From assembly GCF_006345805.1 (NCBI RefSeq), contig NC_043003.1, positions 113,460,001 to 113,524,000 of the forward strand: a DNA stretch of 64,000 bases. Direction: 5' to 3'. The stretch is from Octopus sinensis (lineage: Eukaryota). Position numbers and translations under genes: made by a program. Of this stretch, positions 51,010-63,922 are shown piece after piece; the stretch's first letter is position 1; every line of letters begins with the position of its first letter. The notes below the pieces were generated by a model. That model worked only from the letters and a program-made list of their open reading frames with translations, was not told the DNA's origin and did no database searches.

Positions 51010-52147
51010 CGCACACATACATACGTACATGTATATGTGTGTGTGTATACATATACATGTATACACACACACATACACACACACAGAGAAACATTCAAAG
51101 ACTGTAATGAGGAGGAAAATGAAAAATGGATTGGCCCACGAACATTCCAGAATGACCTCAAATGCATAAGGACCAGTTAAAAATGCATGTGAAATACTAC
51201 AGAAGGCTGACAATGCTAGAAGCTTGTTGCTTTAGCTCTCTCTCTTTCTCCCTCTCCCTCTGTGCACACACCCATCAGTACTTCCACCACCACCATTTAT
51301 TCTATCCTTTTTGCCTCTATATTTCGATGGGATGGCAGTTCTTCTCCTTTGGAGCCAGTGTCCTCTGAGATGGCTCAAAGCCTACATCTTGCTTACACAT
51401 CTCAGTTTTGGCCATGGTTTCTATGACTTGTTTCACAGAAATTGTATGAAGCAAGTCTCCCTACAGAAACATTGATTTTAGGTTACCTTAACTGAAACAA
51501 ATAGATCATGTGTGCGTGTTTACGTGCACGTGAGACAGATTGAGGAATGAAAAACAGACAGAGAGATTAGTTGTGATGTGTAGCAGAAACAGAAACATAT
51601 GAGTAGCTCGTGCAAGTTTGTATGTGGCTGTGTACAAACACACACACACATTCTGCATAAATAAAGAAAGAGTGACAAGTGAAAATTTTGTAAATATAAT
51701 AAGCTTTCACCTTATATTGACTAAAGGAATTAGTCTGATATTAGAGCATATAAAATCCTGACAGTAAAAGTGGTGATTAGAACACATGGAAATTGAAACC
51801 ACACACTTACGTTTGCAGTAAGTGTGCTAACTGATTACACCAACAGACCCACCCATTTTTTTTCTGTAAAATTTAGGACCTATGGTCTCATAGCTAAAGA
51901 TATGTAAACATGTTCAAATTCTGGGTGAATAAGGAAATAGTGGCAACTGGAAATTTGTGAACAGAATTAGAAGCTTTCATTGACTAATGAAGGGTGACTA
52001 TATTGGTGTAATTAGTAAACCCACTTACCACAAAACTGAGTTTGATTCCCATGCATACTAATCGCCACTCCTCCCCCTTGGGGGCTTATATACCCTAATA
52101 TTAGACTATTTTCTATGGTTAATATACTGTGGAAGCTTATATATGTA

Positions 52148-53567
52148 CAGTATCACAGAATTATGTACACCGCTAAAAAGTTTCAGTAAAATTGCTATTA
52201 CTCTGATAATATTGAAGGAAATCAAACGAAATTTAAACTGAATAAAATATATTATACATGCAAACATTATACAAACTTGGAACACAAAACAATAAACATT
52301 TTCAAAGATATGAACAAAATATTAATTTTTAAATGTTACACAAATATGTACACCCTCAAGGATTCTGATTTGTGTCCCATGGTGAAAATCTTCATTATGA
52401 TTAAAATGCCACCAAAAGGAAAAAAATTGTCTGAAGATTTGAAGAAAATTATTTTCAATTTGCACAAGAATGGTTTAGGATCAAAGTTAATTAGCAAATG
52501 AATACATATTAGCGTAAACACAATTGCCAAAGTTATTCAGTAGTACAAAACTACTGGACAGCTGAGCAATAAACATCGTCCAGGTCGACCTATTTTAACT
52601 GTGCGTGATATTCACCACATCCAATGTTGTGTGAGGGATGACAGGCGCCATGCCACTTCATTTTTGGCCCAAGACATGTCTTCTGTAAGTGGAAAGAGTG
52701 TATCCACTGAAACAGTTCACCAAAGTTTGTACCAGTGTGGTCTTCATGGACGCATTCCATGTAGGCAGCCTCTTCTCACTATCAGGCATAAATCAAGTCA
52801 TTTTTCGTTCATACCAAAACCTATGTGAGTTAGGAGAAGGAATTTTGGAATAGAATTCCATTTTTTCTGATGAGACTAAAATCATCTTGTTTGGGTCAGA
52901 TGGGTATTAAATGAATATGGCAACAATAGTGGAATGTGCACTGTGCCTACCTTGAAACACAGCAGCAGAAGTGTTATGGTTTGGAGATATATGAGTGCGG
53001 CTGGTGTGGGAGGATTCATATTTATGGAGAGGACAATTGATTGAAGGCTTTGTTGTGACATGTTGCAGAAAACAATGTTGAAAAGCATCAAGGAACTAGG
53101 AAGACATTCCATGTTCCAACAGGATAATGACCTTAAACATACTTCTAAGATATCGAATAAGTTTTTATCAGATAAAAAAATAAAAGGTGTTGCCTTGGCC
53201 TACCATGTCACCTGATTTATACCCAATAGAACACCTGTGGGGTGTTTTGAAAAGGAAGGTTGAGGAGAAGAACCCTGCAATATGACACAATTGAAAGACC
53301 TCATTCAGGATGAACGGAGGTTGATTTCATCGGTTGTGTGCAGAAATTTAGTCGATTCCATCTCCAGAAGACTTAATGCAGTCATTAAAAGCAAGGACAG
53401 TTACACCAAATGTTGAATATAGCAAATTTCCTTAAGGGTGTACATATTTTTGTAACATTTGAAAATTAACATTTCATTCATATCTTTGAAAATATTTATT
53501 GTTTTGTGTTGGTTTTTTTGTATAATGTTTGCATGTATGATATATTTTATTCAGTATAAATTTCGTC
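52148..53567 (+). mobile_element. Tc1-like DNA transposon with long IR/DR-type TIRs; right TIR truncated
   Basis: TA then CAGTATCACAGAATTATGTACACC at 52148; about 52228-52365 is the reverse complement of about 53430-53567; inner direct repeat TATGTACACC at about 52162 and 52346. Confidence 0.88.
52406..53416 (+). pseudogene. Tc1 DD34E transposase pseudogene
   Basis: MPPKGKKLSEDLKKII..GRP..FSDETK..MFQQDND.KHTS..WPTMSPDLYPIEHLW; 34 residues between the second D and E after removing a 1-nt shift; several stops. Confidence 0.88.
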
Positions 53568-53740
53568 ATCATCATCATCAGCAGCAGCAGCAGCAACATC
53601 AACAACAAATCTACTTTTCACCCTGGGGTGGGTTGAATGGTTTGACAAAATCTGATAGATGTGGTGGTGGGTGGTCAAGGCCTTACTCCATTGTCTTAGT
53701 TTGGGCCATTTACAGGATATACAGGCATTTCTCATGAGAA
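53568..53740 (-). mobile_element. RTE-tail element inserted at the Tc1 right TIR
   Basis: (ATC)n/(AGC)n tract then gggttgaatggtttgac..ttgggccatttacaggatatacaggcatttct, a diverged reverse complement of the family C tail. Confidence 0.45.
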
Positions 53741-54050
53741 ACCACAAGTGAATGTGGGTGATATTGATATTATTAGTATAGGGTCACTGAATCTTCTAGA
53801 ATCAAACGTTACACCCAACTTGAATATAAAAGGAAAGGACATGGTCATCCTAGAGAGTCTAAACAGATGGGATGGCATGAGCAGAAGGACGAAAATATTA
53901 AGACTTGTTATATTGCTCAAGTCATGCAATTTGGATTTAGATTCATATCAACACAATGTACAGCATTTTAGAATAGGCAGAGACTGAATGGGACCAACTT
54001 AAAGGGACCGACTCACAGACGAAATTTGATTTCATTTTGAGCAACAAATT

Positions 54051-54104
<54 letters not shown>

Positions 54105-54468
54105 TGAGAGAGAGAGAGAGAGAGAGAATATGTGTATGTACACATGCAAATGCTTTATCTACAATACTGTATTGTTTAATTCGTATTATTTGCACTGTCT
54201 CTGTCTGTGACACACACACACACTATATACAGTCAAAATGGCTGGGAGCAACAACTCAATGTAATTTTCAATAATGAAATCCAGTAATAATTTGCTACTT
54301 CAGCCATTTTAAGGTGTTGCAAGGATAAGTCTTGACGATAGATTTTTATGTTTTGATGTTTTTGTTGATTTTATTTCAATATTTTTGTTGTTAAGTATTG
54401 GGAATATTAATATTGTGTATAAAGATTATGAATGAACAGTACAAAACTTTGAACTCAGAGCTATTAAT

Positions 54469-54520
<52 letters not shown>

Positions 54521-55097
54521 AAATGATAATAAGGATAATATCAAAGGTAAATTTCAAATATGTTGTAAAATGGTTAATTAGTAATACACAAAGTGTTAAA
54601 TCAGAAACAGTGATTAGAAATGGTAAGTTGTGAGTTCTAAGATTTGTTTTAGATATAAACAGAGAATATTAATATAGACAAATAGAGAAAAGAAAATGTC
54701 ACTAGTAAAGAATGTACCCAGTTAGAAGTTACTATAATTACTATTGTTGTTGTTGTTTGCTGTGAAAGTCTTTTCTTAACAGAACTCTGGTCAACGGAGC
54801 CCTCTAGACAAGGACACTTTCTCAATTAATGCCTGAAAGATTTCCCTTTAGTTACAAAAGACTTGGGGTTAATGGAATGTCTGTATCATTACTTGCAGTA
54901 GAGAAATAGTCTAGTTCAGACAGATTTAATAAATAAACTGATCCACATTTTTAACATATATGTTTAGATGTTTTAAAATGTCTGCCTGAGAAGTGACAGG
55001 AAGAACTGTCTGCACAAGAGTGGTAGAACCCAGAGAAACAAACTCACTACTGAATTATTAATAAGATATATGATTAATTTAGGCAACAGAGAAAATA

Positions 55098-55320
55098 TCA
55101 TCATCATCATTTAATGTCTGTTGTCCATGCTGGCATGGGTTGGATGCTTTGACCAGGGATGGAAAGCTGGAAGGCTGCACCAGACTCCAGTCTGATTTGG
55201 TATGGTTTCTACAGTTTGCTTTGGCCTTCCAAATGCCAACCACTCTGAGAGTGTAATGGGTGCCTTTTTCCATGCCACCAGCATGGGTGCCATTTGTGCG
55301 ACACTGGTATCTGCCAAGAC
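55098..55320 (-). mobile_element. RTE 3' UTR-type copy (family C)
   Basis: catcatcatttaatgtctgttgtccatgctggcatgggttgg..ccactctgagagtgtaatgggtgcctttttccatgccacc. Confidence 0.8.
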
Positions 55321-56311
55321 TATGGTTTTACTTGGCTTGATGGGTCTTCTCAATAAAATTAAATTCCCAGAACAATTCAGTTTTTCTTCATTAATAAACA
55401 TGCGTGTATTTAACCCTTTTGAGACATACGGTCTTTTGGTATGTGTAGCCAAAAAGACCACTTATAAAAATGTTATATGATGAAACCCCCCCCCCCTGAA
55501 TACTGATTACAGCAACAAGAAAATTAATATTCAGTCTTCGTTTGCTAAATCTAGAAAAAAGAGGTTTAAGGGAGTTTAAAGAACTGCAGTGAGGGAGATG
55601 TGTCACTAAGTATAGGATCTCTCTGCCTTACAAGTTTATACAAAAGAAAGAGGGTAATGATGGAAGTGATACAGCCATTGTTTTTAATCCAAAATCAGAG
55701 TCTTGCCTCTGTACATCCACAAGTAGAAAGTTAGAGGAATCTCTAGCCAATGGGACAGGCACTAAACTCCATCAACAGGTGCAGAGCAAATAGAAATGTG
55801 TTCAGGTTTTTAAAGTGAAGCCAGAGAAGCAATTGGTGCACAGCACTGTCTGCTAATTGACTGGTGCAAAAAATATATGGAATTTAAAATCCCCAGAACT
55901 CTAACCAGAGATAGCTGCACTAATTATTAGTTTTGTGCATCAGTGATTCTGTAATTAAGCTATATATGCTTATTGAAAATTCCTTAAAAATGATTTTCAC
56001 AAGATGTCACTACATGAGATATTGAAAAAGATGTCTCGGCAAGTCACTGTTCAAATCTATCCAGAGTTCAAACAATGATAATGTTTACAATTATTAAATC
56101 AGTTGGTTTTATCATAGAACACAAATGCTTGAGTTTTTGTGTTTGGGAGAAATAGGACTTTTATAACCCAATTTTTTTACCCTTTTGAGAAAAAGACCAG
56201 AATTGGCAAATTTTAGCTACTGATATTTATTTAGAAATTTTTAAATACACTGGGGGATGGTCATATACTGGAAAACACACACACACATGCAAAACATTCA
56301 GTTCAACATTA

Positions 56312-56580
56312 TACCTATTTCTTTACTACCCACAAGGGGCTAAACACAGAGGACAAACAAGGACAGAGAAATGGATTAAGTTGATTATATCGACCCTAGT
56401 GCATAACTGGTACTTATTTAATCGATACTGAAAAGATGAAAGGCAAATCAACCTTGGCAGAATTTGAACTCAGAACGTAGCGGCAGGCGAAATACATAAA
56501 ACATTTCGCACAGCGTGCTAACAATTTGAACTCAGAACATAGTGGCAGATGAAATACCGCTAAGCATTTTGCCCAGCCAC
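56312..56580 (-). mobile_element. Family B SINE with the alternative tail and a duplicated tRNA head
   Basis: ctatttctttactacccacaaggggctaaacacagag, as at 3020; aatttgaactcagaac occurs twice (56461, about 56524). Confidence 0.8.
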
Positions 56581-56858
56581 TTTTCCATGCTTGCATGCAC
56601 ACACACACACACACATATATACTCTGTAGGTCTGATTAAGAGTTTAAGATCATGATTATGTTAGTTCTACAACCACTGTAGCAAGCATTTCCTGACTTTC
56701 ATAGAAATTCAGCTTTGAATATATGTGTGTGTGTGTGGTTGGGTGAATGGATGTGTAGGCAGACATAGTTGCTACTCAAAGCTGAAATTAATATTTTAAA
56801 TTTGTACATTGGACAGTGCAAAAGGAAATTGACGATGTTTAATGCAGAGCAATAAACT

Positions 56859-56890
<32 letters not shown>

Positions 56891-57958
56891 GCATAAAGAG
56901 GAGCAGTGAGGTATGACAGTGTGTTTTGGAGTTGAATTGGTTGTTTGTGTGTCTATTCATTCATGCAAAAGCTTGCGTCTGTGCATTGTCTTTGTGTATA
57001 TCTGACTGGATATCGGTGCAGAATTGATGACGAGTCACATTTAGAGCAACAACAACAACAACAATAATAATGATGATGATAGCAACAAAATAAGAATAAA
57101 AAGAAACCCATTCAGCCGCGACAATAACACTGATAACAATAACTGCTGTAGTAACAAGGTAGCGGCACTTTGCTATTGTTATCACTCACCATGTGAGAAA
57201 CAACAGCTAAATGTCACTTAAATCACCCTAGCTCTATCTGAAGAAAAGAAAGGACACATGAGACAGTATGCTCCTACGATGTTCCTAAATGCTATGGGCA
57301 TGGTTGGAATGCCTTTGATCATAAGTCTGCTCAATGAAGGATGACTTGGGGCTAAACAACAACAGCTGCAGTAAACAAGAGATGCATTTATGTCTTCATA
57401 ACAAACACCAGCACGACTAGTGCACTACTATCATAACAACAATATTGCTAACCGACCGACAAGGACGGGACTTATATCAAACTACACACAGACACACATA
57501 CACACACACACACACATATACACGCATATGCAGATAGAAACAAAAGCCATCTGACACGAGTAGTGGGGTGTAAAAAGAGAAAACAATAACAAGTAAATAG
57601 AAACCAAAGAAGTGAACAAAAGAAACCAAACAACAACAACAAACAACAACAAACATGTTAAAGTGAGTCACCAACAATTTCAGTGCAATGATATTTAGAA
57701 AAGATATTTAATTAAATAATAAGAATTTCTAATTGAATAACAACTGCAGCCGTACTTTCATCCAGACAGGAACGTCTAAAGGACTTAATGGGATTCATTC
57801 AATCTCTTTTACTAGATTTCAACTATTTTTAATTTCTACTTTTTTTTTTCTTAATTTATTTTGGAAGTATTTAGTTGTTGTAGTATTGATTCTGTTGTTG
57901 TTGTTGTTGCAGCTGTTTTATTTGAGTGCTTAAAAGCAATGGTATACTTCAACAAATC

Positions 57959-57959
<1 letters not shown>

Positions 57960-57998
<39 letters not shown>

Positions 57999-58018
57999 TA
58001 TACATACATATATATATG

Positions 58019-58051
<33 letters not shown>

Positions 58052-58260
58052 TATATATATACATATATATATATATTATATATATACATATATATTTATA
58101 TTTATATATATACATATATATATTATATTTATATATAATACATATATATATATTATATTTATATATATACATATATATATATAATATACATATATATACA
58201 TATATATATATACATATATATATATGTATATATATGTATGTGTGTGTGTGTGTGTGTGTA
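57960..58260. repeat. Long degenerate (TA)n/(TG)n microsatellite
   Basis: About 300 bp; source of several spurious YIYI ORFs. Confidence 0.95.
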
Positions 58261-60835
58261 TGTGTACATGTATGTTCTCTCGTAGGTATGTGTGTATACA
58301 TACTGCCATCTATATACACACATACAGACACCAATAGATAATTAAATAAATATGGAAGTATAGTAATGGGAGCGACTGTAACCACAGCAACAACATCAAA
58401 TTATTAAATTAATGGAGAGATTCACTAAAATCATTTAATAGCTTCATGTTACCTTTCCAAAAGAATATACATTAGGTGATGTGTGTGCATGTGTGTGTGT
58501 GTGCATGCGTGCATGTTTGTGTTGTAAGAGGGAGAAGAAGGAGAGAGTGAGAGATATAATGTGAAGGTTGTAAATGAACATTTCAATCAAAATATATCTA
58601 TTTGCACAGGGATGTATGCAATGGGATCAGTGTTCGTTCTGATAATAATAAATGCACAAATATTCTTATGTTTTTGTTGTCTAAATATTTATATAAAAGT
58701 GTGTGTGTGTGTGTGTGTATAAAAACTGGTCGATTTAATTAATAGGATCAGTAGATGAAGTGGTTCAGTTTGGTGAATTTGAATGATTAATTCATTTACT
58801 CGTAGTATATATTGTTCTAACATGATCTTACCAAACTTGTATATTAAGATGCACACTGGCGCAAACATTTTCTCAAATCCAATAAAACCATTTACTTCAG
58901 CACCAAAGCAATGTCAAGGTCTGCATTTCGTTCAGCTTTACTAAAACATTTTCTAAGCAACTTCAAATCGACTTCATTAACCTCAGTTGGGCTGACCCAA
59001 TGCACCTATTCGGTATTTTCTGTATTCTTCACACAGTAACTTCTTAGTGTGCCACAATAATTAAAGCATGCTACTGATCACATCTGGTGAAGTGGAGATT
59101 TTCATCAGGATTATTTCTTTGTAAAGTTATCCTATAAATTGTGATATCTAGTAAAGATATATTTGCTAGAAAATTTAGGGACAGAAATTTATGAGGAATT
59201 CATTGTAACAGAGCACAATATAGCATGGAAACTTGCATTAGCGATCTTATCTAACAGAATACATAGTACAACCACTAGAACTTAACAGGGAAAATTGCTG
59301 CTGTTTTTATGGTATTTATTAGCGTTTTCAGTTGCCAAGTGTTTTCATAAGTATCAAAAACTATTGAAAAAATAGTAGTAAATGTGCCAAAGCCCAATGC
59401 GGAGACAGGATGTTCATACAGGATTAAGAGTGAGAGCAGAGTGAATGGAAAAGATCAGGCAGAATCAAGTGGAAACGGCTTGAATAGCTTTGACCGTTCC
59501 AGAAAGGAAGTAGAGGTTGCCAGTTTTACTTAGCCAAAAGGAGAGACATTCTAAAAAATTCACACAATCCCAAGACATTCCAAAACACAAAAAGCAGAAC
59601 ATTTGCTGCTGTTCTCATAATGCATTTCCAGTCAGTGTGTCTGAAAAATTGTCAATATTGCCAAATGCAGCAGTTAGGGACAAGTCATTGGTAACATTCT
59701 AGCCATTTATATGCCATAACCAGGAATTTACTGTTCGACAACTATGCACTTAATATATGTGTGTTGGTAAACATCTGTAGGTGTAGTATTATGCCTGAGT
59801 TAGGCCCCTTTAAAGATGTATAGTGTTAAAAAACACAATATATCTCAAAGTTAGATAAAATAAAATCAATCCAGAAGCAAATTAGAAAGACAGATATCGA
59901 TATTTCCCTTTTTTCCCTACTCATCCAGGTTGTATACTTATCCCATTTCTGAAAGAGATCTAGATTGCCAGATAGAAATATAAACAAATAGTGTAAAATC
60001 TATTTTCTGATGTGCAATAGCACTGCACAAGTAGAATGAAATTCAAATTTTGTATTAGAAACAGCTCAATTATGGAAGCATTATCTTTATTACATGCTTA
60101 ATGTATGCTGTTAAATGCATATTCACTGCGGCATTATGTCTGAGAGAGAGATCTCTAAAGACATACTTTTTTTTGAAAAAAAACACTGCATAGTTCAAAG
60201 CTTGGTGAAACAATTATCAGTCAAGTAAATCACATTAAGGCTGTCAGTTACACTGGTAATTAATTCATTCAATAAAGATAACTGTCTTCATTCTGAGAAT
60301 ATTGAACTAGCAATAACGAAGAAAGTTTGTTTCAAGTAATTCTTGAATTATCCATCATCTATATGCAAAAAATAATTTTTTAAATGTAATATGAGACATG
60401 ATTCTAGTTTATGAAATTACAAAAAAACTGAGTTATGAATTAAATTGTTACATCCTCCAATATCAGTTTAGATGAGAGAGTACCAATTCAAGAATACCAT
60501 TTGCTCCTATCAAGGACCACAACAAATCTTATTTTATGAGTAATTGCACCACTAATCATATTAATATTGTGTAACCAGAACTTGTTAGAATTAGCAAAAC
60601 TGTATCAGATAAAATTGAAAAAATCTTTATGAAAATGTCTCTGATTGGCTGTCAATGTGAACCTTAATTGGCTTTCATCTTTCAGAAAAATGATTTTCAC
60701 ATAACATGACAGAGCGGATTACAAGATTGTCTAAGAAATCATACTGAAAGACCTCTGTTTAGGGAAGTTTTATACAGCATAGAAAGGATGCACAAATTAT
60801 GAAATTTGTTTGGAAATCTGTTCTTTTCATGCACA

Positions 60836-61250
60836 GGCACAGGAGTGGCTGTGTGGTAAGTAGCTTGCTTACCAACCACATGGTTCCGGGTTCAGTCCCA
60901 CTGCATGGCATCTTGGGCAAGTGTCTTCTGCTATAGCCCCGGGCCGACCAATGCCTTGTGAGTGGATTTGGTAGACGGAAACTGAAAGAAGCCTGTCGTA
61001 TATATGTATATATATGTATGTATGTGTGAGTGTGTTTGTGTGTCTTTGTTTGTCCCCCTAGCATTGCTTAACAACCGATGCTGGTGTGTTTACGTCCCTG
61101 ACACTTAGCGGTTAGGGAAAAGAGACCGATAGAATAATTACTGGGCTTACAAAGAATAAGTTCCAGGATCGATTTGCTCAACTAAAGGCGGTGCTCCAGC
61201 ATGGCCGCAGTCAAATGACTGAAACAAGTAAATGAGTAAAAGAGTAAAGA
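60836..61250 (+). mobile_element. Family A1 SINE, near full length
   Basis: ggcacaggagtggctgtgtggtaag head, GGTTCAGTCCC B-box-like motif, CORE-like CTTGGGCAAGTGTCTTCTGCTATAGCC, tail GGCGGTGCTCCAGCATGGCCGCAGTC..TGAAACAAGTAAA followed by (GAGTAAA)n. Confidence 0.88.
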
Positions 61251-62498
61251 GAGAGTGTAGTTTTATATAAAACAAAGGAATAAGCAGATTTAATCAAGAG
61301 GAGAATGGGTACCTGGGATTCAGCTGAAGTTTTAGACTCTTACACACACATTACTGACTGATATAAGCAAAACTCAAAATACATAATGTAAACTTCAATC
61401 GATAGAAATAATTTCCTCAAAACTGGCACAACACAAATTTCAATGCTGTTGATGAAGATTAATGCCACAATATTCATATTATCAAAATTAGGAGAGGTGA
61501 AAGGTGACTGACTATAAACAGCATTAACAACAATAACTTCTCAGGAGCTGGTATAAAGAAATTATACAAGTGAAACTGAAAGACTATCCAATCATTCTAG
61601 AGCAGCATTTGCTAAAACACTGAAAATTTCTAATACAGTCCCACACCTTATTCTCCTGGGCATTGCACTTTTTCATAACAAGTAGTAGCAGTAGCAGTAG
61701 TAGTAGTAGTAGCAGTAGTAGTAGTAGTAGTAGCAGTAGTAGTAGTAGGAAAATAAGTATATATTAAAGGTAAGAATGCTGCAATTTTTCTGGGTTTTTA
61801 ATACTGAAAGAAAGAAATTCCAATGTTAGTGAAGGTTTGTGAGAAGATACCTGTTTGACAAAAGGAGTATTTGAATGTCTGACTCTGTTTTTTTTATCAT
61901 AATTCCACAAAAGAAATATTTTAATAGTAAAATAAAGTAATGGAAAGTAGAAACCAAAAAACAACAAAAGAAAAAAAAAATGGGTTACAAACATCTGTTT
62001 CAATGCCACCTATTTCTGTTGTGTACGAGATAAAACACCTAGCACATAACTTCAAAGAAAAAAGACTTACCTTTCATGAAAAGAAAGACACAGTTATTAC
62101 AGATGAAAATGGAAGAATTACATGTTAAAAAAGGGGTTAGAAGGATGTATAAAATTTTACAATAGCATTAATAGATACAGTATTGGTACAAGTAGCCGAG
62201 GTGATATCTATACAATGTGTAATGATGATGAGAGTTTATCATATATATATACATATATATATATACATATATATACATATATATATATATCCAACATGGT
62301 TAACTGAGTGAAGAAATAATAAGATTACTTGGAATAAGTAAGGTTTCCATATTTTTGAGAAATTAACAGTGACAAATACGAGAGCAAGAGAACTGCTACA
62401 AAGGTCTGATACTATTTGAAAGAAATACTCAAATCAATATATATACATCTATCTATACATATGTGTGTGTGCATATATATATATATAATATATATATA

Positions 62499-62533
<35 letters not shown>

Positions 62534-62542
62534 GATAGATAG

Positions 62543-62574
<32 letters not shown>

Positions 62575-62581
62575 GTGTATA

Positions 62582-62620
<39 letters not shown>

Positions 62621-62642
62621 CTATCTATCTATATATATATAC

Positions 62643-62675
<33 letters not shown>

Positions 62676-62972
62676 CATATATATCTACATATACTCACAC
62701 ACACACACACACATAAATATACATACATACATATATATATAGTAATACTAAGTAATTAAGGGTTTAGCAACGATTTGCCTCACCACACACCGAATTTAGA
62801 AATAGCAGTCAAAGAGTTTTGGCTATTCTTTCTACTTAAAAGGGAGATCCCAGTAAAACCACAGCACTTAAAAAGCAAACAACGCAGTCAAAAGAGAAAG
62901 AAATGACAACAATCATTCTATATTAAGTCATTGATATATTATTGATATATATATATACACACACATACAAAC

Positions 62973-63003
<31 letters not shown>

Positions 63004-63047
63004 CATATATGTGCGTGTATATATAGATATGTATTGATATACATATA

Positions 63048-63922
63048 CAGGGTGCGGTGAATAAACTGTTGTTTAAATTACGCAAAAGTGAAAATAACAC
63101 TGACAACTCATCTTAACAGATATATTTACCAAAATTACATAAAAATATCTTGAAATACTAAAGAATAAATTTATTCAATAAAATCGACATTGGCTTAAAC
63201 CACAGCCTCCAGGCGACTTCAGGATCTCCTGCAACTCTTCTGGACAGCCTCCTTGTATTACTGAGTGAATATTGCCATAATCTTTGCCTTCAGTTCATCT
63301 TTGGTGTTACTAGGAGTTTTGTTGGTCTCTTGCTCAAATGTGCACCACATGTAATAAGCAAGGGGGATGGAGTCTGGGGTGTTAGGTGGTCAGATGCTAA
63401 GAGTGATATGGTTGCAGAAATTGTCTGACAGCCATGGCTGGGTTCTCCTGCTTGTGTGGCAGGGTGCAGAGTCCTGTTGCCATGCATAGGGTCTTCTAGC
63501 AGCCACCCTCTTGACCCAGGGCAGCATTACCTCCTCCAGGTACTTGATGTTAGCCTCTGTGTTGAGTCTGAGGCTGTATAGGAAGACGAATGGAGGTATA
63601 ACGTCGCCATCACTAGTGATTACTCCAAGCACTTATGATGCTGACTGGATGTTTGATTTTCTTCACTGCTGGTACGTGTCCTCAGATTGATACCCAAATA
63701 CTCTGAACCTCTTCCTATTGGAGCTTCCTGTGCAAATGCCAAGTGGTACGGCATGTCATTTCCAAATTTCTGGCAGAGTGAATTGTGTCATGGTGATGTT
63801 TTTCTCACAGATGGTGCCCAACTGACCCTACTATACTGTGTAGTCGATAAATTCAAGAAGTAACAATGTACATGTGGGAAATTAAAAATATAGAGTGGCA
63901 ACAATTTACCCATCATACCCTG
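63048..63922 (-). mobile_element. Internally deleted maT/DD37D Tc1-mariner element with both TIRs
   Basis: TIRs CAGGGTGCGGTGAATAAACTGTTG and CAGGGTATGATGGGTAAATTGTTG (minus). ORF 63390..63632 has VLPW-like VMLPWVKRVA..WQQDSAPCHTSRRTQ, then *PPNTPDSIPLAYY; 37 residues separate QQD from the expected third D (here A). Confidence 0.8.

Noticed and set aside
55610-55790. Protein-like plus frames (SLPYKFIQKKEGNDGSD...; also about 59395-59535 and 60705-60800)
   Set aside because: Short, with no convincing splice sites or recognised motifs; within chance expectation for 64 kb.
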